A DNA stretch of 53,974 bases from Candidatus Woesearchaeota archaeon (lineage in GTDB: Archaea; Nanobdellota; Nanobdellia; SCGC-AAA011-G17; JACPIM01): contig JAGWAC010000004.1 in the NCBI GenBank assembly GCA_018302125.1, positions 1-53,974 on the forward strand, written 5' to 3'. The notes under the pieces were generated by a model. It saw nothing but the letters and a program-made list of their open reading frames with translations. It was not told where the DNA came from and made no database searches. This document shows positions 49,592 to 53,974 of the stretch, one piece after another. The translations under genes were made by a program, and so were the position numbers. The stretch's first letter is position 1, and the number at the start of each line of letters is the position of its first letter.

Positions 49592-49999
49592 ATGTTTAAA
49601 GAAATATCTTTTGTATTTTTTGTAATTGTTTTAATCAGCGGGTTTTTCTTTATTTTTCTGGATTCTGGTGAAACAGAACTTAATTCATCTTCGAATTTAC
49701 AGACCAAAACAAGTCAAAGCACAGTCAGCATTGATCTTACTCCACAATCATTTAATGGAAAAGAATTTGTTGTCAACATCGGTGTGAATACACATATAAC
49801 TGATTTAAGCAGATTTGATTTAAAAGAACTTGCTGTTTTGGAAATTAATGGAAAGTCTATAAAACCAAAATCTGCACCAAAGCTTAGCGGGCATCATAAC
49901 AAAGGTGCCTTGATTTTTGATGTAAATAAAAAACCAGAAGACTTTAAGATTATAGTAAAAAGTTTTCCAGATTTAGAATTAAGAGAATTTAAATGGTAA
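49592..49999 (+). CDS. Membrane-anchored beta-rich protein with NTH and GHH motifs
   Basis: N-terminal TM; VNTHITDL, LSGHHNKG.L.F. Confidence 0.75.
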   Translation: MFKEISFVFFVIVLISGFFFIFLDSGETELNSSSNLQTKTSQSTVSIDLTPQSFNGKEFVVNIGVNTHITDLSRFDLKELAVLEINGKSIKPKSAPKLSGHHNKGALIFDVNKKPEDFKIIVKSFPDLELREFKW

Positions 50000-50007
50000 A
50001 AAATTAA

Positions 50008-50316
50008 TTATTCCAACATTTCAATCTGAATCTGGACATCTTCAGGAATATGAACTCTCATTACCAATCTTAAAGCTCTTTCATTTACACCCAAGTCAAT
50101 AACTCTTTTATGGATCCTCATCTCAAAATTATCAAACGAGGCTTTACCGCTGCCACATGGTGTTTTTCTTACTGTATGTTTTAATCTTCTTGTTGGCAAA
50201 GGCACTGGACCAGAAATGTTTACTTTTGTTTTTTCTGCTATGTCTTTAATAGATTCACATATCTGATTAAGTTGATCAATATCAGTACTTGCCAAATTTA
50301 TTCTTGCTTTTGCCAT
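50008..50316 (-). CDS. rpsJ: 30S ribosomal protein uS10
   Basis: SGPVPLPT, RKTPCGSG, FEMRIHKRVID. Confidence 0.98.
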   Translation of the reverse strand: MAKARINLASTDIDQLNQICESIKDIAEKTKVNISGPVPLPTRRLKHTVRKTPCGSGKASFDNFEMRIHKRVIDLGVNERALRLVMRVHIPEDVQIQIEMLE

Positions 50317-50449
50317 AGAAATGATGGAAAATAAGAAATTTATAAATCTTTGGTTTAATCAGGCTTTGCACAAAAACTCCGGAAATTTTCCGAAAAATTC
50401 CTTGGCTGCTTTTAAGTTAAAATAAAAAAGAAAAGGTAGACTATTCTGA

Positions 50450-50797
50450 ATGCCCCACGCAATTTTTACAAATCCACAAATTGCTTCTGTAGGATACACA
50501 GAACAGGAATTAAAAGATAAAAAAATAAATTATGCAGTTGGAAAATACAATTATATTGATACTGGAATGGGTCAAGCAATAGAAGAAAAAGAAGGCTTTG
50601 TAAAAATATTAGTTGAAAAATCAACAGGAAAAATTCTAGGCTGTCATATTATTGGTCATGAAGCAAGTACACTAATCCATGAAGTGATCATAGCAATAAA
50701 GTCAGGTTCTGGAACAATAGACAACATTACAAATTCTGTTCATATTCATCCATCTTTGTCAGAAGTAGTTCAAAGAGCAGCAAATAGCAGCATCTAA
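50450..50797 (+). pseudogene. Isolated C-terminal dimerisation domain of a pyridine nucleotide-disulfide oxidoreductase (Lpd/Mtr-like)
   Basis: PHAIFTNPQIASVG, ILGCHIIG, HIHPSLSE; FAD/NAD domains absent upstream. Confidence 0.8.
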
Positions 50798-50868
50798 ATA
50801 CATATACTAGGACATATACTTTAAATCTATAAGAAACTTTATAAATAAAAGATAGCAAAAAAAAAACA

Positions 50869-51606
50869 ATGGAAGAACAGAAAGAAGAAACTATAACATT
50901 AAAGAAAACAACAATATGGAAAATTTCAGCTGTTGTATTAGGTATTCTTTTCATAATATCAATTTTTACAGGCGGCTTTGGTTTTAGAGATAACGCTCCT
51001 ACTGGAGGTACAGTATTAGATGACACTGGAAATAATGAACCAACAATAATAGCAAAAGTAAGTGTTGATGACGATCCAGTTTTAGGTAATAAAAATGCGC
51101 CTGTAACAATAATTGAATTTTCAGATTATCAATGTCCTTTCTGTAGAAGATCTTATACCCAAGTTTATTCTTTATTAAAAGAAAATTTCATAAATACAGA
51201 TAAAGCAAAATTAGTTTTTAGAGATTTTCCATTGACAAGCATACATCCAGGAGCATTGCCAGCAGCAGAAGCAGCTGAATGTGCAGATGAACAAGGAAAA
51301 TATTGGGAAATGCATGATAAAATATTCGATGAACAAAATAAATTTGGTCAAGGAACAGTTCCTTTTACAAATGACGATTTAAAAAAATGGGCTTCTGAAA
51401 TAGGATTAAGCACAGGAGACTTTAATTCATGCTTGGATTCTGGAAAATACAAAAGCGAAGTTGAAAAAGATTTTAGCGACGGAAATGCATACGGAGTTTC
51501 AGGAACCCCAACTTACTTTATTGGCAATGATAAAGATGGTTATGTAATAGTTGGTGGAGCTCAGCCTTATCAAGTATTTGAACAAGCAATTAACCAATAT
51601 TTATAA
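50869..51606 (+). CDS. Membrane-anchored DsbA-family thioredoxin-fold protein
   Basis: APVTIIEFSDYQCPFC, RDFPL, GVSGTPT, GAQPY. Confidence 0.93.
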   Translation: MEEQKEETITLKKTTIWKISAVVLGILFIISIFTGGFGFRDNAPTGGTVLDDTGNNEPTIIAKVSVDDDPVLGNKNAPVTIIEFSDYQCPFCRRSYTQVYSLLKENFINTDKAKLVFRDFPLTSIHPGALPAAEAAECADEQGKYWEMHDKIFDEQNKFGQGTVPFTNDDLKKWASEIGLSTGDFNSCLDSGKYKSEVEKDFSDGNAYGVSGTPTYFIGNDKDGYVIVGGAQPYQVFEQAINQYL

Positions 51607-51625
51607 TTTTTCATTATTTTTTAAG

Positions 51626-51874
51626 ATGTTAACAAAAAACCTAAAGGAACTAGTCAGAGAAAAAGTTTTTCCAGCAGAGATAGGTGTTCCAGAAGATCTT
51701 TTAAATATAACAACTGATGAAATAGCATTAATTTTAAGAAGAAATATTAGACATAACCAGGTATATATTAGGGGTTTTTATGCAGAAAGCATGACAAGAA
51801 TGGGTCTTCTTATACCAGTGTCAGGTTCAGAAGATAAATATGTATTTACAGAACTTGCAAGGCAATATCCTTAA
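51626..51874 (+). CDS. Hypothetical protein (possibly winged-helix-like)
   Basis: ATG at 51626 after the DsbA stop. Confidence 0.5.
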   Translation: MLTKNLKELVREKVFPAEIGVPEDLLNITTDEIALILRRNIRHNQVYIRGFYAESMTRMGLLIPVSGSEDKYVFTELARQYP

Positions 51875-51880
51875 TAGACT

Positions 51881-52261
51881 CTAAATCTCTAAATCCACAT
51901 TTAAATCTTCTAATATATTTGATTTCCCGCAAAAAGGGCACATTCCTTTATATTCATAATTTCTAGAAAATTTATACTTGCAAGCTGAACATTGATAATT
52001 ATATCTTTTTAAGATTTCCCGCATTATTGGATCTTTCATTTGTTTTTCTGAATTTTGTGTTGCTGGTTGAATTTTTTGGACATTTCGAACTTGAACACTA
52101 ACTTGTTGCTGCATTGTCTGCTTCTTTATGTTTAGGTTTGGATGCTGCAGAAAATAACAAGAAATACAAACCCATCCCTTTCCAGTTTTATCAGCCCTTA
52201 GATCATTTAAAGGAACTTTACCCTTGCATTTAGAACATGCAATTAAATTTATATTTATCAT
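51881..52261 (-). CDS. Double zinc-ribbon hypothetical protein
   Basis: CSKC..CISC and CSAC..CPFC pairs separated by a Gln-rich linker. Confidence 0.7.
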   Translation of the reverse strand: MININLIACSKCKGKVPLNDLRADKTGKGWVCISCYFLQHPNLNIKKQTMQQQVSVQVRNVQKIQPATQNSEKQMKDPIMREILKRYNYQCSACKYKFSRNYEYKGMCPFCGKSNILEDLNVDLEI

Positions 52262-52345
52262 TAATATTAAATTAGTTTTTTGGATTTTTAAGCTTTTTTA
52301 TGATAAAAAATAAAGATTTAAATAAGTTCAATCATCCTCATTAAT

Positions 52346-53173
52346 ATGGACAAATTAAGATTCGGAACTTCTGGAATTCCTTTAAGTTCTTCTAAAAAAG
52401 GAACAGCTGCCGGCATAAAAAAAGTCCGCGAATTAAATTTAGATGCAATGGAATTGGAATTTGTTAGGGCAATTTATATTAAAAAAGATAAGACGCCAGA
52501 GATAAAACAGGTGGCTGAAAAAGAAGATATTGTATTGACTTGCCACGCTCCTTATTTTATTAATCTGAATTCAGAGGATAAAAAAAAGTTTTATGCTAGC
52601 ATTGGTTACATAAAAAACTCAGCAGCAATTACTTCTTTATGTGGCGGATATTCAGTTTGCTTTCATGCAGGTTATTACCAAAAACAAAATCCAAAAAAGG
52701 TTTACGACAAAATAAAGGAAGCAGTAAAGATAATTACAAAAGATGTTAAAGAATTTGATAAAAAAATATGGATAAGGCCTGAAACAACAGGAAAAATTGC
52801 TCAGTTTGGGACAATTCATGAAATTCTGGATCTAAGTGTTGAATTTGACAATGTTCTTCCTTGTATCGACTGGTCTCATCTGCATGCTTGGTCAAATGGA
52901 AAATATAATACAAAGGAGGAATTTACAGATGTTCTTACTTTAATGGAGTCTAAATTGGGAAGAAAAGCCTTGGATAATGTACATTTCCACTGCCAGGGTG
53001 TTGAGTATAGTGAAAGAGGAGAGAAATATCATACAAATTTGAAGGATTCAGATTTAAAATATCAGGAGCTTTTAAAAGTATGGAAAGATTTTAAATTAAA
53101 AGGCGTGGTAATAGCAGAAAGCCCGAATGTCGAAGATGACGCCCAGTTAATGAATAAATTTTATTGTAAGTAA
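52346..53173 (+). CDS. nfo: Endonuclease IV (AP endonuclease family 2)
   Basis: HAPYFINLNS, FHAG, ETTGK, DWSHLHA, HFH, ESP. Confidence 0.92.
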   Translation: MDKLRFGTSGIPLSSSKKGTAAGIKKVRELNLDAMELEFVRAIYIKKDKTPEIKQVAEKEDIVLTCHAPYFINLNSEDKKKFYASIGYIKNSAAITSLCGGYSVCFHAGYYQKQNPKKVYDKIKEAVKIITKDVKEFDKKIWIRPETTGKIAQFGTIHEILDLSVEFDNVLPCIDWSHLHAWSNGKYNTKEEFTDVLTLMESKLGRKALDNVHFHCQGVEYSERGEKYHTNLKDSDLKYQELLKVWKDFKLKGVVIAESPNVEDDAQLMNKFYCK

Positions 53174-53238
53174 AGTTTTTAAATCAGTTTTTGTTAAGAT
53201 TTTTAAGTTTCTCGGTTTTTCCGTGAATGCTTTTTTAA

Positions 53239-53529
53239 ATGGTTCAAATGACAATAAAAAAAGAAATTCAGCTTGACAGACCAAATTGTATTGGTTGTGC
53301 AGCTTGTGCAGCAATAGATCCAAAAACCTGGATAATGCATGAAGATGGCAAATCAGATATAATTAATGGTAAAAACATTGAAAACGGCTGGCAAAGAAAA
53401 GAAATAAAAGAAGATGAATTTAAGGATTCTATGGATTGTGCAGATGCCTGCCCTGTAAATGTTATTCACATCGTTGAAAAAGAAGTTGATGATTCTGGAA
53501 AAGTTGTTAATGAAAAGAAATTAAAGTGA
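53239..53529 (+). CDS. Monocluster 4Fe-4S ferredoxin
   Basis: CIGCAAC...CPVNVI. Confidence 0.88.
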   Translation: MVQMTIKKEIQLDRPNCIGCAACAAIDPKTWIMHEDGKSDIINGKNIENGWQRKEIKEDEFKDSMDCADACPVNVIHIVEKEVDDSGKVVNEKKLK

Positions 53530-53818
53530 AGCTCCCAATCGCAGCAAGCTGCGGGGCATCTAAGTTTTAAATACCCAAGATTTTTTGTTCATTGGGCCTG
53601 AATAAGTCTCGTTTTTTCTCGAGGCTTTTTCATAAAAAGGATCTTCCAAAGCGTTACTTCCTGTCCTTCCGACAGTAGCTTTTTCCGTGAACTCTTTTCG
53701 CAAAATGGTTCCAGTAGCTTTTTTTAATATTTTTAAAGCGGAATTATAATCTCTATTTACATGTAATCCACAATCACAATTGTAAACTACTCAGGTCTAA
53801 AGGCGCCTGAGCGTTGAC
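53526..53818 (-). mobile_element. tnpB: Non-autonomous IS200/IS605-family remnant (tnpB 3' end plus right end)
   Basis: Minus strand encodes YNCDCGLHVNRDYNSALKIL...ATVGRTGSNA; ends GATGCCCCGCAGCTTGCTGCG..GGGAGCTTCAC; second hairpin CTCAGG-N10-CCTGAG at 53790-53811. Confidence 0.85.
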
Positions 53819-53874
53819 GAACGGTGCTAGTTTTACTATTTAAGTAAAAATCTTATTCATAGAAATTTGGCGTC

Positions 53875-53974
53875 TTACTCTACATCTTCTTTGTCATCAG
53901 AACCAGATTTACTCTCTTTGCCAGATTTATCTTCATCTCCCTTCTCATCGTCTGAGTCTGGTTTGTCATCTTTA
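53875..53974 (-). CDS. 3' end of a gene entering from beyond the window (acidic, low-complexity tail)
   Basis: KDDKPDSDDEKGDEDKSGKESKSGSDDKEDVE*. Confidence 0.6.
   Translation of the reverse strand, partial: KDDKPDSDDEKGDEDKSGKESKSGSDDKEDVE

Noticed and set aside
38284-50450. att-site duplication of the tRNA 3' end bounding the copper island
   Set aside because: No second copy of CCGGGTCGCGGC or similar was found by eye, and the island lies on the 5' side of the tRNA
1-53974. CRISPR array, cas genes or rRNA
   Set aside because: No regularly spaced repeats, cas motifs or long GC-rich structured tracts seen by eye

Overview
AT-rich archaeal window, most consistent with a DPANN archaeon (Woesearchaeota/Pacearchaeota-like; inferred from EF-1alpha, RpoE1-Spt4-eS24-eS31, AglB and an intron-containing tRNA). 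1-33 kb is a surface-glycosylation region: AglB, an AglH-like GPT, four GT2s, a flippase-like protein, two GT-C-like membrane proteins, WbpB/E/D/I-like nucleotide-sugar enzymes, a deacetylase and three B12-binding radical SAM proteins. One of these carries a 160-aa mini-intein that splits its Fe-S cysteine motif. 33.7-37.3 kb holds core informational genes. A tRNA-Ser(GGA) with two BHB-type introns (38284-38402) sits next to a probable integrase remnant. An ~11.6 kb copper/heavy-metal island lies between that tRNA and rpsJ: PadR-TRASH regulator, CopA, CopZ, HMA-DsbD2-cupredoxin, DUF411 and a run of Cys/His-rich unknown membrane proteins, two of which end in an identical QMVGGC tail. That operon is the best candidate for an undescribed system. 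The window ends with DsbA, endonuclease IV, a ferredoxin and an IS200/IS605 tnpB remnant whose right end supplies the ferredoxin stop codon. All calls come from motif recognition by eye; no searches were run.
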